A model generated the notes under the pieces. The model searched no databases and was not told the origin of the DNA. It was given only the letters and a program-made list of their open reading frames with translations. A DNA stretch of 64,000 nt from Alphaproteobacteria bacterium (GTDB lineage Bacteria > Pseudomonadota > Alphaproteobacteria > UBA828): positions 896,001-960,000 of the forward strand of contig CAXXMU010000001.1 of NCBI GenBank assembly GCA_963667785.2, given 5' to 3'. Shown one piece after another: positions 53,701 to 62,568 of the stretch; within the stretch, counting starts at the first letter, position 1, and the number at the start of each line of letters is the position of its first letter. A program made the translations under genes and the position numbers.

Positions 53701-55282
53701 CGTGGCGGAGGTGACAGGCCGGTCGCGCCGGGTGCTGAAGATCACCGATGCGCGCGGCGAGCGCCTCGCGCTCCGCAGCCGGCCCGCCTCGGCCAACCTC
53801 GCCGAAACCGCGTCCTTCATGGACGGCGAGAAGCGCATCCTCGTGTTCAGCATGGCGGGCGGCACCGGGCGCAGCTACCACGCGGACCTGTCCTGCGGGA
53901 ACACCGAGCGCCGCGTCCACTACCTGCTGGAGCCCGGCTGGCGGGCCGACCAGGCGATCCAGGGGCTGGGCCGCACCCACCGCACGCACCAGGCGTCCGC
54001 GCCGCTGTTCCGCCCCGTCGCCACCGACGTGAAGGGCGAGCGGCGGTTCATCGCCACCATCGCGCGGCGCCTCGACTCGCTCGGGGCGATCACGCGCGGC
54101 CAGCGCGACTCCCAGACCGCGATGGGAGGCGGCGACGCCACCCTCTTCCGGGCGAGCGACAACCTGGAGAGCCTCTACGCGAAGACGGCGCTTCGCCAGT
54201 TCTACATGGCGCTCCACCGGGGCGCCATCGACGGCTGGTCGCTCGCGGAATTCGAGGACGCCACCGGCCTCAAGCTCCTCTACGAGGGCAACCTCAAGGA
54301 AGACCTGCCGCCGATGTCGCAGTTCCTCAACCGCCTGCTGGCGCTCCCCATCACCGAGCAGAACCAGCTCTTCGCTGCGCTGGAGGCCCGCATCGAGGCC
54401 AACATCGAGCAGGCGATCGAGGCCGGCACCTTCGAGGTCGGCGTCGAGACGGTGCGCGCGGAATCGCTCGTCCTGGCCGGCCGGGAAACGCTCTACGAGC
54501 ATCCCCGCACCGGCGCCGTCACCGACCTGGTCGAGATCGTTCGCCGCGACCGGCTGGTCCCCACCACCGCCGACACCGCGCTCGCGCTGGGCGCGAACGA
54601 GCCCGGCCCCGACGGGAGGCCGAGACTGATCGTCAACGCGCGCTCGAAGCGCGCCGCCGTCCTGCTGCCGGCGCCGTCGCGCATGTTCGAGAGCGGCGGC
54701 GTGCAGGAGCGGGTGCGCCTCGTCCGTCCCGCCACGCGCGAGACCATGGCGCGCGCCGAGCTCGACGCCTCCAACTGGCGCCGGGCCGACGAGGCCTCCT
54801 GGCGCGCCCACTGGGAGCACGAGGTCACCGAGCTGCCGTCGCACCGGAATTCGCGCTTCTGGCTCGCGGCCGGGCTTCTCCTTCCCGTCTGGGACCGGCT
54901 GCCGAGCGAGAACATGCGCGTGCGCCGGCTCACCACCGACGAAGGCGAAGCCCTCATCGGCCGCGTGCTCGACACCGAGCAGGTGCGCGCCGTGCGCCAG
55001 AGCTTCGGCCTCGACAGCGAGTTCGCCATGACCGGCGAGGAGGCCTTCGAGGCGGTGATGGGCCGCGGCACCGCGCTCCCCCTCGCCAACGGCTGGCGCC
55101 TTGCGCGCCGCCGCATCATGGGCGCCGACCGCGTCGAGATCGAGGGACCCGCCGACGGCGACACCGACGCGCTCAAGCGCATGGGCTGCACGGTCGAGAT
55201 CGTCTCGTACCGCGCCCGCGCCTTCGCGCCCAATGCTGAGACCGTCGAACGCGTCCTCGAACGCTGGCCGCTCGCCGCGTGA
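50777..55282 (+). CDS. Strawberry-notch-like methyltransferase/SF2 helicase fusion
   Basis: QQFSTP, LEPSAGTG, NPPF; LGDGTGAGKG, FDEAH, SATGA, QGLGRTHR. Confidence 0.9.
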   Translation: MLDAPPAPLATARPSLPATAIEPSAGPEPARPDGGDALFAAAGTLLPVLEAGKPLDAATLRDAMTRPFGASDAEGAWVWKDAYEAAEAAVVMFVQRYGRAMRRNAGAGPDGPRRMLAMLEAVAALEPSHTKRSEEQVRLQQFSTPLPLAYTVLQAAAIRPGDVVLEPSAGTGMLAVMAACALADRAEGALHLNEIAAVRARLLTRLFPHAAVTAFNAESIADRLYDVRPTVVLMNPPFSATPGIDRIRHDADLRHLRSAFSMLPPGGRLVTITSAHCIPGDAAWTDAFASRGDARAVFTMAIDGRAYARRGTGFDTRLTVLDRSDAPAAALDGRAKAAHAAALLDAVIATVPPRRAIAPAPVPAGPARDLFGKPVAPRPPKRRTSASPSTAGTRQVHDWSDVSELQVETDAPHTGTDTTAASTAGPYEPWRPSVVRVPGAIEHPTPLVQSAAMAAVPHPAPAWRPMLPARVVSDGLLSDAQLESIALAGEAHARHLAADYRIGSGWETVQRCGTEEDDAVRTAVRTDEGEVLSAPVRFRRGWMLGDGTGAGKGRQVAAIVLDHWLRGRKRALWLSQSDKLVEDARRDWTALGGRDDDVIPLGKFRQGAEIPLSEGILFATYATLRSPARQGRLSRLDQIVEWLAGSLDEDDRHAFDGVVIFDEAHAMANAAGAKSSRGETRPSQQGRAGLRLQHALPDARIAYVSATGATTVPGLAYAGRLGLWAAGETPFVTRVEFVSAMEAGGVAALEVVARDLKALGLYQARALSYDGVEVDILEHPLTEAQRRIYDTYAGAFKVIHHNIQEALKATGITDGDKTLNKNAKSAAMSAFEGAKQRFFGHLLTSMKCPSLMRAIEADLDAGRSAVVQLVSTGEALMERRIAEIPASEWDDINVDLTPRETVIEFLAHAFPVQLQEPFTDDNDNVLSRPVFDGDGNPVLCQEAIARRDALIEKLASLPPVPSALDQIVQHFGHDAVAEVTGRSRRVLKITDARGERLALRSRPASANLAETASFMDGEKRILVFSMAGGTGRSYHADLSCGNTERRVHYLLEPGWRADQAIQGLGRTHRTHQASAPLFRPVATDVKGERRFIATIARRLDSLGAITRGQRDSQTAMGGGDATLFRASDNLESLYAKTALRQFYMALHRGAIDGWSLAEFEDATGLKLLYEGNLKEDLPPMSQFLNRLLALPITEQNQLFAALEARIEANIEQAIEAGTFEVGVETVRAESLVLAGRETLYEHPRTGAVTDLVEIVRRDRLVPTTADTALALGANEPGPDGRPRLIVNARSKRAAVLLPAPSRMFESGGVQERVRLVRPATRETMARAELDASNWRRADEASWRAHWEHEVTELPSHRNSRFWLAAGLLLPVWDRLPSENMRVRRLTTDEGEALIGRVLDTEQVRAVRQSFGLDSEFAMTGEEAFEAVMGRGTALPLANGWRLARRRIMGADRVEIEGPADGDTDALKRMGCTVEIVSYRARAFAPNAETVERVLERWPLAA

Positions 55283-55373
55283 CTCCCGGAGAATTCAGCC
55301 GTTCAATGCCCGGCCGGGATACATATTGCCGGCCGGGCGGCGGCCGCAGCCGCCGCAACCGAAGGAGACCGCT

Positions 55374-55643
55374 ATGACCGCGCAGACCCTCCCGGACGAG
55401 CCGAACTTCTGCTTCTGCCCCGCCTACGACGTCGAGACCGAGATGCAACAGATCAGAATCGTGATCGAGGGCCTCTCCGGCCACGTGCCGACCGCGCTCT
55501 TGTCCCTCCACCTCGACGATGCTCTCAGCATTTGCGACAAGTTGAACCGAAGGCTCGGGCTCGACCGCGAGGCATGGCAGGCCATGGTTGCCGCCTCCAT
55601 GCGCGCCGAGGACGACGATCCCGAGAGCGACCCCTGGCACTGA
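55374..55643 (+). CDS. Hypothetical protein
   Basis: AAGGAG SD; ends LNRRLGL...VAASM. Confidence 0.6.
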   Translation: MTAQTLPDEPNFCFCPAYDVETEMQQIRIVIEGLSGHVPTALLSLHLDDALSICDKLNRRLGLDREAWQAMVAASMRAEDDDPESDPWH

Positions 55644-55740
55644 CGCCCGGCCCCTGCTGCGCAGCCGGCCCGCCGCCGGTTGCCGCTTCGCCGGCTCGCG
55701 GGCGAGGGCTCGCCGCCCCGTCACCGGACCTCGATACGCC

Positions 55741-56136
55741 TCAGTCTTCTTTCTCCAGCTCCCGCTTCCGTCTCCGTTCGAGGCTCTTCAGCATTTCCTC
55801 GTCGTGTTGCGGCTCGTCCCACGGCCCCGCCTCCGCGGCCGCCCAGGTCAGCATCCCGAAGAAGTCGGGATCGCCCGCATGCAGCTGGCAGGTGTACATC
55901 ATGTTGACCACCTTGCGCGTCAGGTCGCGCATCTCCTCCTGCCCGATACGCGCCACCTCATTCCAGGGAATTCGCTCCCCGTTCGCGTCGACCACCACGA
56001 CGTCCGAGAAATCCCCGGTATGGCTGACCGGCGCCGGCCCGCCGTGGATATCCTCGATCACCGTGTTGCGGAAGCACATCACCGCCATGCCCTTCGCCAC
56101 GACCGCCGCCATGTGCTCTTCCAATTCGCTCGCCAT
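55741..56136 (-). CDS. Hypothetical protein
   Basis: GGAGG SD on the minus strand; protein-like composition (CFRNTVIEDIHGG). Confidence 0.6.
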   Translation of the reverse strand: MASELEEHMAAVVAKGMAVMCFRNTVIEDIHGGPAPVSHTGDFSDVVVVDANGERIPWNEVARIGQEEMRDLTRKVVNMMYTCQLHAGDPDFFGMLTWAAAEAGPWDEPQHDEEMLKSLERRRKRELEKED

Positions 56137-56712
56137 ACGCCTCCCTCTCTCTCATTCGCAATTCCGTCCCGCATCGCCGGAACGCCGCCCCGCGCATGCC
56201 CCAGCAATTTTCGCCATGACCGCCCGTCCGGCTGCGCAGCCGGCCCGCCGTCCGCCGTCGTTCACGCCGCCGGTCCGCCGCCGGCTCCCGATCCGCACGC
56301 GGATCCTCGCTGCCGCCGCATCGACCCACATTGCCACGGGGCCGCGCGGCCGGCCAACCGCCAAGATCGCCGCGCCGGGCGCAATCCCGGCCTCCTCCGC
56401 ATCCCCACCGCAGTCCGGGAGCCGGGGCCGCCGGACGCTATGCGATCCCCCACCGAAGTCAGCGCGGGACATTGATGCGAAGCCAGCGGCCCGCGAACCC
56501 GAGAGGGCAACTGCGCTTCCGGCCGGGGCCGGCCCCAACCGCGCGATCGGGTCTCTCTCGCCGGCACCGCTGTCCGCCCCGGACTCCGAACGGGGGGCGG
56601 TTGTTCGAGCTGGATCCGATGCGCCCGCCGCAGGGGAGTTCGAGGAGAGCCCTCCGGGAGCGAAGCCGCTGTAGGACAGGGAGCGGCGCAATCGCAACCG
56701 GGAGAGTGGATC

Positions 56713-57246
56713 ATGGCGACATTGCGATATGCGGGGATCGGGGCGCGGGCGACGCCGGCGGAAGTGCTGGCGGACATGGAAACGATGGCGGCATGGCTGG
56801 CGCGGACCGGCTGGCATCTGTCTAGCGGCGGGGCGGACGGAGCCGATGCTGCGCTCGCGGCGGGGGCGCCGGCCGGCCAGCGGACGGTGTGGCTGCCGTG
56901 GCGCGGGTACAACGGGCATCGCGGGCCGGACTGCCGGGTGCTGTCCGCGGCTGAGCTCTCGGCCTGTATCGAGATCGCCGCGCCCCTGCATCCGGCGTGG
57001 GAGCGGTGTTCGCCGGTCGTCCGCAAGCTGCATGCCCGGAACGCGGCGGTGCTCGGATTGACGCTGGACCGGCCGGTCGACGCGTGCGTGGCGTGGTCTC
57101 CGGACGGGCGCATCGAGGGCGGCACGGGCATGGCCATCCGCATCGCCGAGGCCCGTGGCATACCCGTGTTCAACCTGGGGACGATGACGCCGCGGGCCGT
57201 GTGCACGCGCCTGGCCGCGATCCGCCGCGCCGTATCGGGGTCCTAG
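56713..57246 (+). CDS. SLOG-superfamily (DprA/Smf-like) protein
   Basis: YAGIGAR, SSGGADGAD, HARN, GGTG, IPVFNL. Confidence 0.75.
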   Translation: MATLRYAGIGARATPAEVLADMETMAAWLARTGWHLSSGGADGADAALAAGAPAGQRTVWLPWRGYNGHRGPDCRVLSAAELSACIEIAAPLHPAWERCSPVVRKLHARNAAVLGLTLDRPVDACVAWSPDGRIEGGTGMAIRIAEARGIPVFNLGTMTPRAVCTRLAAIRRAVSGS

Positions 57247-57346
57247 AGCAGGAGAAGAGCGCCTGTCGGGCCAGTGTCCGGCAGGCCGGAGGGAGCGGTC
57301 CCCCGCGCCGATGCCGGGCAGGGCAACGGCACGAGGAGACCCGCCC

Positions 57347-57565
57347 ATGTTGAATCCCCACTTCCGCCTGAGCGTCCCGCGCGGCGGCGACCTGCTCACC
57401 GAGCTGGGCATCGACCCGTCGACCGTCAGCCAGCTCGCCGAGGACGACCGTGCGATCCGCTGTCCCGACCGGGGCGCGGTGTATCCCGAGCGCAGCTTCG
57501 CGAGCCTCTTCCCGGAACCGCCGCCGGACCGCGGTCTGCATGCGGCCGGACCCGACGAGCCCTAG
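57347..57565 (+). CDS. Small hypothetical protein
   Basis: GAGGAG SD before ATG. Confidence 0.45.
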   Translation: MLNPHFRLSVPRGGDLLTELGIDPSTVSQLAEDDRAIRCPDRGAVYPERSFASLFPEPPPDRGLHAAGPDEP

Positions 57566-57706
57566 GACCCGGCTCCGGCGCGCCGTCCGGCAGGCAGGAG
57601 GTGGAGGAGGGCTTGAAGAGATTGAACGGAAGGGGGCCGGGGAGGAAGACCCGGCCTCCGGCCGTTCGGAACCATCGTCATCAACCAGGAACCACAGGAG
57701 ACCGTC

Positions 57707-58156
57707 ATGGCCTTCGGAAAGAACTTCGCGGAACTGATCGGCCGGCTCGGCGCCGACGCCAGCATCAACCATCTCCCCAACGGCGGGCGGGTCGCGAACC
57801 TGAACGTCGCGACCGACGAGAGCTACATCGACCGCCAGACCGGCGAGCGGAAGGACCGCACCGAGTGGCACCGGGTCGTCACCTTCCAGGACGGGCTGGT
57901 CGGCATGCTCGAGAAGAACGCCAAGAAGGGCCGGCTCATCCACGTCCAGGGCAAGCTCCAGACCCGCAAGTGGCGCAAGCCGGGCGAGGATTTCGACCGC
58001 TTCTCGACCGAGATCATCGTCGTCCCCGGCCACAGGGTGCAGTTCTACGACAAGCCCAAGGGCAACGACGCCACGGCCGCGGACGCCCAGCCGCCGATGG
58101 ACGAGACCGCCGCGCCGGCGACCGGCGCCGCGGACATCGAGGATCCGCCCTTCTAG
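57707..58156 (+). CDS. ssb: Single-stranded DNA-binding protein
   Basis: LIGRLGAD, TEWHRVV, VQGKLQTRKW, acidic C-terminus ending DPPF. Confidence 0.95.
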   Translation: MAFGKNFAELIGRLGADASINHLPNGGRVANLNVATDESYIDRQTGERKDRTEWHRVVTFQDGLVGMLEKNAKKGRLIHVQGKLQTRKWRKPGEDFDRFSTEIIVVPGHRVQFYDKPKGNDATAADAQPPMDETAAPATGAADIEDPPF

Positions 58157-58186
58157 GCCGCCTCTCATCGCTTCCTCCCTCCCTCG

Positions 58187-58219
58187 GGGGCCGGCGCTCC
58201 GCGCCGGTCCCCATTTTTT
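58187..58219 (+). terminator. Intrinsic terminator after ssb
   Basis: ggggccggcgc-tcc-gcgccggtcccc followed by atttttt. Confidence 0.7.
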
Positions 58220-58327
58220 CTGTAGCCGGGCCGGAGTCCTTCCTCCCCATCCCGGCGCCATCCGTCTCCGCCGCCGGAGGTAAAGCGGAGCTTTTACGGG
58301 GCGTTCGCATTTGCGAGGAGAGAGAGC

Positions 58328-58897
58328 ATGTCCCGCGACACCGAGAGCGTCTTCGCCCAGGGGGCGGTCATCGTCCCCGATTTCGTCACCCCGGCCGAGG
58401 AGGAGCGCATCCTGCTGCGCATCGCCCAGGCGCCCTGGATGACCGAGCTCCGCCGCCGCGTGCAGCACTACGGCTACCGCTACAGCTACACCGGCACGAG
58501 CCGCCCGGAACCCGCCGCGCCGTTCCCGCGCTGGGCCGCCGTCATGGCGGATCGGCTGCGGCCGCACTTCGACGGCGCGCTGCCGGTGCAGTGCATCGTC
58601 AACGAGTACCGCCCCGGCCAGGGGATCGGCATGCACGCCGACCATGCGGATTTCGGGCCCGTCGTCGCCTCGCTGTCGCTCGCCGCCGACTGGCCAATGC
58701 GCTTCCGCCCGCGCTCCGTCCGCCCCTACGCCCGCGACGGACTGCCGGGCGACGAGGTCGCGGTGCTCCCGCGCCGCTCGGTCCTCGTCCTCGCGGGCCG
58801 CGCACGCTCGGCGTGGATGCACGGCATCGACTGCGCCGACACCGCCGGGGAGACCGCGACGCGCCTCTCCGCCACCTTCCGCACCCTCGCGCGGTAG
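58328..58897 (+). CDS. AlkB-family 2OG-Fe(II) dioxygenase
   Basis: RRVQHYG, NEYRPGQGIGMHAD (HxD), WMHGI, RLSATFR. Confidence 0.85.
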   Translation: MSRDTESVFAQGAVIVPDFVTPAEEERILLRIAQAPWMTELRRRVQHYGYRYSYTGTSRPEPAAPFPRWAAVMADRLRPHFDGALPVQCIVNEYRPGQGIGMHADHADFGPVVASLSLAADWPMRFRPRSVRPYARDGLPGDEVAVLPRRSVLVLAGRARSAWMHGIDCADTAGETATRLSATFRTLAR

Positions 58898-58953
58898 CGC
58901 TCGGGCGTCCGCCGCCGGCCCTTCTTCGATCTTCCCGCCACAGGAGCTGCGCC

Positions 58954-59409
58954 ATGATCCGTTTCGTCCAGGGCGACCTCTTCGCCTCCGGCTGCGAGGC
59001 CCTCGTCAATCCCGTCAACTGCATCGGCGTCATGGGCAAGGGCCTCGCCCTCCAGTTCCGCCGCCGCTTCCCGGCCAACTATGAGGCCTACCGCAACGCC
59101 TGCGCGCGCCGCGAGCTCCGCCCCGGGCGCTGCTTCGTCTTCGACGCCGGCGCCGGGAGCCCGCGCTTCGTCGTCAACTTCCCGACCAAGCGCCACTGGC
59201 GCGACCGCAGCCGCATCGCGGATATCGCCGCCGGCCTCGACGACCTCGCCGGCATCCTCGATCGCCACGCCATCCCCTCCGTCGCGGTCCCGCCGCTCGG
59301 CTGCGGCCTGGGCGGTTTGCCCTGGCCTGCCGTGCGCTCCCTGTTGCTCGACCGCCTTGCGCCCTGCGAGGCCGTCTCGATCGTCATCCACGAGCCTTGC
59401 CGCCGGTAG
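58954..59409 (+). CDS. DarG/TARG1-like macrodomain (stand-alone)
   Basis: GDLF, LVNPVNCIGVMGKGLA, NFPTK, PPLGCGLGGL; CAGGAG SD. Confidence 0.88.
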   Translation: MIRFVQGDLFASGCEALVNPVNCIGVMGKGLALQFRRRFPANYEAYRNACARRELRPGRCFVFDAGAGSPRFVVNFPTKRHWRDRSRIADIAAGLDDLAGILDRHAIPSVAVPPLGCGLGGLPWPAVRSLLLDRLAPCEAVSIVIHEPCRR

Positions 59410-59577
59410 CGCCGGGCGGCTTCCCGCCGTCCCGGCCTCGCGCCCGCGCTCCGCTCGGGGCGCTCGGTTGTCGGCTCCGCCAGGAGGCGGAGGCCGGCCG
59501 GTATCGGGGCGTCCCGTCGGACCCCGGAGGAATCCCGCCATGCCGAGACCGTTCCACCCTTCCGCAGGAGACGCACC

Positions 59578-60576
59578 GTGAACGCGGCCGCTATCGCCGC
59601 CGCCCTCAGCGAACGCGCCGAGGCCGTCTGCCGGCAGTACCTGCCGCACGGCCGGCGCCAGGGCCGCTACTGGGTCGCGGGCGACCTCGACGGCGCCCGC
59701 GGCCGCTCGCTCTACGTCCGCCTCTCCGGCCCCGGCACGCCGGGGAAATGGACCGATGCCGCCGAGGGGACGCATGGCGACCTCCTCGACATCATCCGCC
59801 ATCGCACCCGCGCGCGGACGCTGCGCGCCGCGCTCGACGAGGCGCGCGCGTTCCTCGCCTTGCCCGCTGCGCGGGCGACGGCATCGGACGCACCCTACGA
59901 CGCCACCGAAGCGGCACGCCGCCTGTGGCGGCGCTGCCGCGCCATCGACGGCACCCATGCGGAAGCCTATCTGCGCGCACGGGGTCTCGCGCGCTGCCGC
60001 TTCGCGGCGCTGCGTTTCCACCCCGAGCTTCGCTACCGCGAAGGCTCGACCGTCATCCGCCTGCCGGCGCTGGTCGCCGCCGTGACCGGCAGCGACGGCG
60101 CCATCACCGGCGTGCAGCGCACCTGGCTCGATCCCCGCTCGCCCGCCAAGGCGGGCATCGCGAGCCCTCGCAAGGCGCTCGGCCGCGTCTACGGGCACGC
60201 CGTCAGGTTCGGACGCCCCGCCGACGGAGCTTCGCTCCTCGTCGGCGAGGGCATCGAGACGGTGCTCTCGCTCGTCACCGCCGTACCCGCGATCGACGCC
60301 GCCGCGGCGCTCTCCGCCGGCAGCCTCGGCGCCTTCGCGCCTCCGCCCGGCGTCGCGCGCCTCGTGATCGCGCGCGACAACGACGTCGAGGGCGAGCGGG
60401 CGGCCGAACGCCTCGCCCGGCGCTGCGCGCGGGCTCGCCTTGCCGCACTCGTCATCGTGCCCAAGGGCGAGGACTTCAACGACGACCTCGTTGCACTTGG
60501 CCGCGACGCGCTCGCCGCGCGCCTCGCGCCGCTCTTCGGCGCCGGCACGCGCGAGAGTGAGAGAGCTTCCGCATGA
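59578..60576 (+). CDS. DUF7146/Toprim primase-like protein
   Basis: GKWTD..GDLLD, AEAYLRARG, VQRTWL, GEGIETVLS, ARDND, DFNDDL. Confidence 0.82.
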   Translation: MNAAAIAAALSERAEAVCRQYLPHGRRQGRYWVAGDLDGARGRSLYVRLSGPGTPGKWTDAAEGTHGDLLDIIRHRTRARTLRAALDEARAFLALPAARATASDAPYDATEAARRLWRRCRAIDGTHAEAYLRARGLARCRFAALRFHPELRYREGSTVIRLPALVAAVTGSDGAITGVQRTWLDPRSPAKAGIASPRKALGRVYGHAVRFGRPADGASLLVGEGIETVLSLVTAVPAIDAAAALSAGSLGAFAPPPGVARLVIARDNDVEGERAAERLARRCARARLAALVIVPKGEDFNDDLVALGRDALAARLAPLFGAGTRESERASA

Positions 60577-60604
60577 GGGCAGGATCAGCCCGGGGAGAGA
60601 GAGC

Positions 60605-61462
60605 ATGGCCCGCATCGTGAACCTGAAGCACGAGCCCGATGCCGTCGCACGCGGCGCGGTACGCATCGACCGCCGCACGAGGTGGGGCAATCCCTATCGG
60701 ATAGGCGCCCATGGATCGCGCGACCAGGTGATCGCGCGCTACCGCGCGCACCTCTGGCGGCGCATCCGCGCGGGCGAAATCGCCCTTGCGGATCTCGCCG
60801 CCTTGGAATCCCGCCCCCTGGCGTGTCATTGCTGGCCCGCCCGGTGCCATGGCGAAGTGCTCGCCCGCGCGGCGGCCTGGGCCGCCGCCGAGCTTCGCCG
60901 CCGTGCCGCATGCGACCAGCCCATTCTGTTCTGGTCGCGCTGCCCGGAGTGGGGGTGGCTGTCGAACTTCGCCGCCGCCGGCTTCGCCGGTCCCGGCGGC
61001 GCGATCTGGCCGACCGTCGAGCACTGGTACCAGGCCGGCAAGGCCGCCGACCCGGCAACGGCCGAGCGCATCCGCCGCGCGGCGACGGCGCGCGAGGCGC
61101 AACGCCTCGGACGCGCCGTCCGCTGCCGCGACGGCTGGGAGGACGCGAAGCTCGCGCGCATGGCCTCGGGCCTGCTGCTCCGCTTCGCTCCGCAGCGCCC
61201 CGACACCGCGCGGCTGCTCGCCACCGGCGAGCGCGCGCTCCGCCATGCGACGCCCTGGGGCGCGCACGGCGACCCCTTCTGGGGCATCGGCCGCGACGGC
61301 TCCGGCGCCAACCGGCTCGGCCGGATGATGGAGGGCATCCGCGCCGCGCGCCGCAACGGCGCGCCGCTCGATGCCGCCGCGCTCGCCGGGCGGGTCCGCT
61401 CATGGCGCCCTTCCGCTTCGCGGGAGGAAGAGGAGAGCAGGGGAGTGGGCAGGCCCGCATGA
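60605..61462 (+). CDS. DUF4326-NADAR fusion protein
   Basis: IDRRTRWGNPY...LACHCWPARCHGEVL (DUF4326), then LSNF, PTVEHWYQAGK, LLATG, DPFWG, GANRLG (NADAR). Confidence 0.8.
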   Translation: MARIVNLKHEPDAVARGAVRIDRRTRWGNPYRIGAHGSRDQVIARYRAHLWRRIRAGEIALADLAALESRPLACHCWPARCHGEVLARAAAWAAAELRRRAACDQPILFWSRCPEWGWLSNFAAAGFAGPGGAIWPTVEHWYQAGKAADPATAERIRRAATAREAQRLGRAVRCRDGWEDAKLARMASGLLLRFAPQRPDTARLLATGERALRHATPWGAHGDPFWGIGRDGSGANRLGRMMEGIRAARRNGAPLDAAALAGRVRSWRPSASREEEESRGVGRPA

Positions 61463-61480
61463 AGAGAGGAGGGAGCGCCC

Positions 61481-61945
61481 ATGAACGCCGCCGCGAACCC
61501 GAGCACGATCCGGATGGCGCCCCGCTATGTCATCCGCACCATCGACGAGGACTGGATCGACCTCTTCGATCCGCCGTCGCGCATCGGCGAGAAACGCGCC
61601 GCGTGGGACGAAGCCCGGCGCCGCGTCCGCGAGCACCCCGAGCTCAAGACCGTCGTGCTCGCCCGCCACACCGGCGCCACGCTCTGGCAGAGCGACCCCG
61701 ACATCCCGGCGCGCTACGAGGTCCTCGCGGTCGACGAGACCGTGTTCCACGTCCTCGACACGGACCTGTCCGTCGCAGGCGACCTGATCTCCTCCCACAA
61801 GGAGAAGGACGACGCCTGGACCGCGTTCTACGAGGCCGTCAAGGAACCGGTGGGCAACGACATCATCGTGCTGCGCGACACCATCCCCGCCGAGACCGTC
61901 CTCGCGTCCTCCGACGAGGACCTCTACAGCACCGATGCGGCGTGA
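61481..61945 (+). CDS. Hypothetical protein
   Basis: Purine-rich SD; GC3-biased codons. Confidence 0.6.
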   Translation: MNAAANPSTIRMAPRYVIRTIDEDWIDLFDPPSRIGEKRAAWDEARRRVREHPELKTVVLARHTGATLWQSDPDIPARYEVLAVDETVFHVLDTDLSVAGDLISSHKEKDDAWTAFYEAVKEPVGNDIIVLRDTIPAETVLASSDEDLYSTDAA

Positions 61946-61971
61946 GGGCGGTGCCGCTTCCAAAGGAAGGG

Positions 61972-62087
61972 TTGGGCGCGTCGCTTCGCGACCGGGCTAC
62001 CCTGTCGAGCCCGCTGCGCGGTCTCGCCCCTGCGGGCGGGTATCCCTCGCGCCTCCGCTCGCAAGCTCGCTGCGCGCTCCGCTTGCC
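61972..62087. repeat. ~116 nt structured direct repeat, copy 1
   Basis: Near-identical to 63854-63970; several short perfect stems. Confidence 0.9.
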
Positions 62088-62568
62088 AAGGGGGCATACA
62101 AAGCTGCCTCCCGCCGTGACTGCCCATTGTTCCACACGTGCTCGCTGCAGCAACCCTGCGGGTCCTCCGGTCGCTCCGCTCCCTGCGGCCTGGCCCAAGA
62201 ACCTCTAGGGCGGGCCGTGAAAGTCGCCGACCGTGAAGTTGGGCTTGCGAGAACTCCCCACCGCCTCGCGTGTGGCGCACCGGCCCCTGAAGCGCGGGGC
62301 CGGTGCGTCGGCCCGGCGCTCCCAGTCCTTGAGCAGGCCAACTCGAAACGCGGCCAACGCCTGCGACCCCGCGCCGGGCCTCCCTGAGCCGCACGACGCC
62401 CAACTTCCGCACCACTCGGCGACTTTCCGCACCAACCCCGCCCAAGAGGTTCTATGGCCAGGTGCTTCCGCTGCGCGCGCGTGAATCAACAGGCAGTCAC
62501 CACGGGGAGAGGCCCCGAGGACGAGCCGCAGACGGTTCGAGACACTCACTTCCTATCAGGAGAACGTC

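Noticed and set aside
57274-58953. 711 aa ORF suggesting a long N-terminal extension on the macrodomain
   Set aside because: The upstream part overlaps ssb and AlkB in other frames; the real start is the SD-preceded ATG at 58954.
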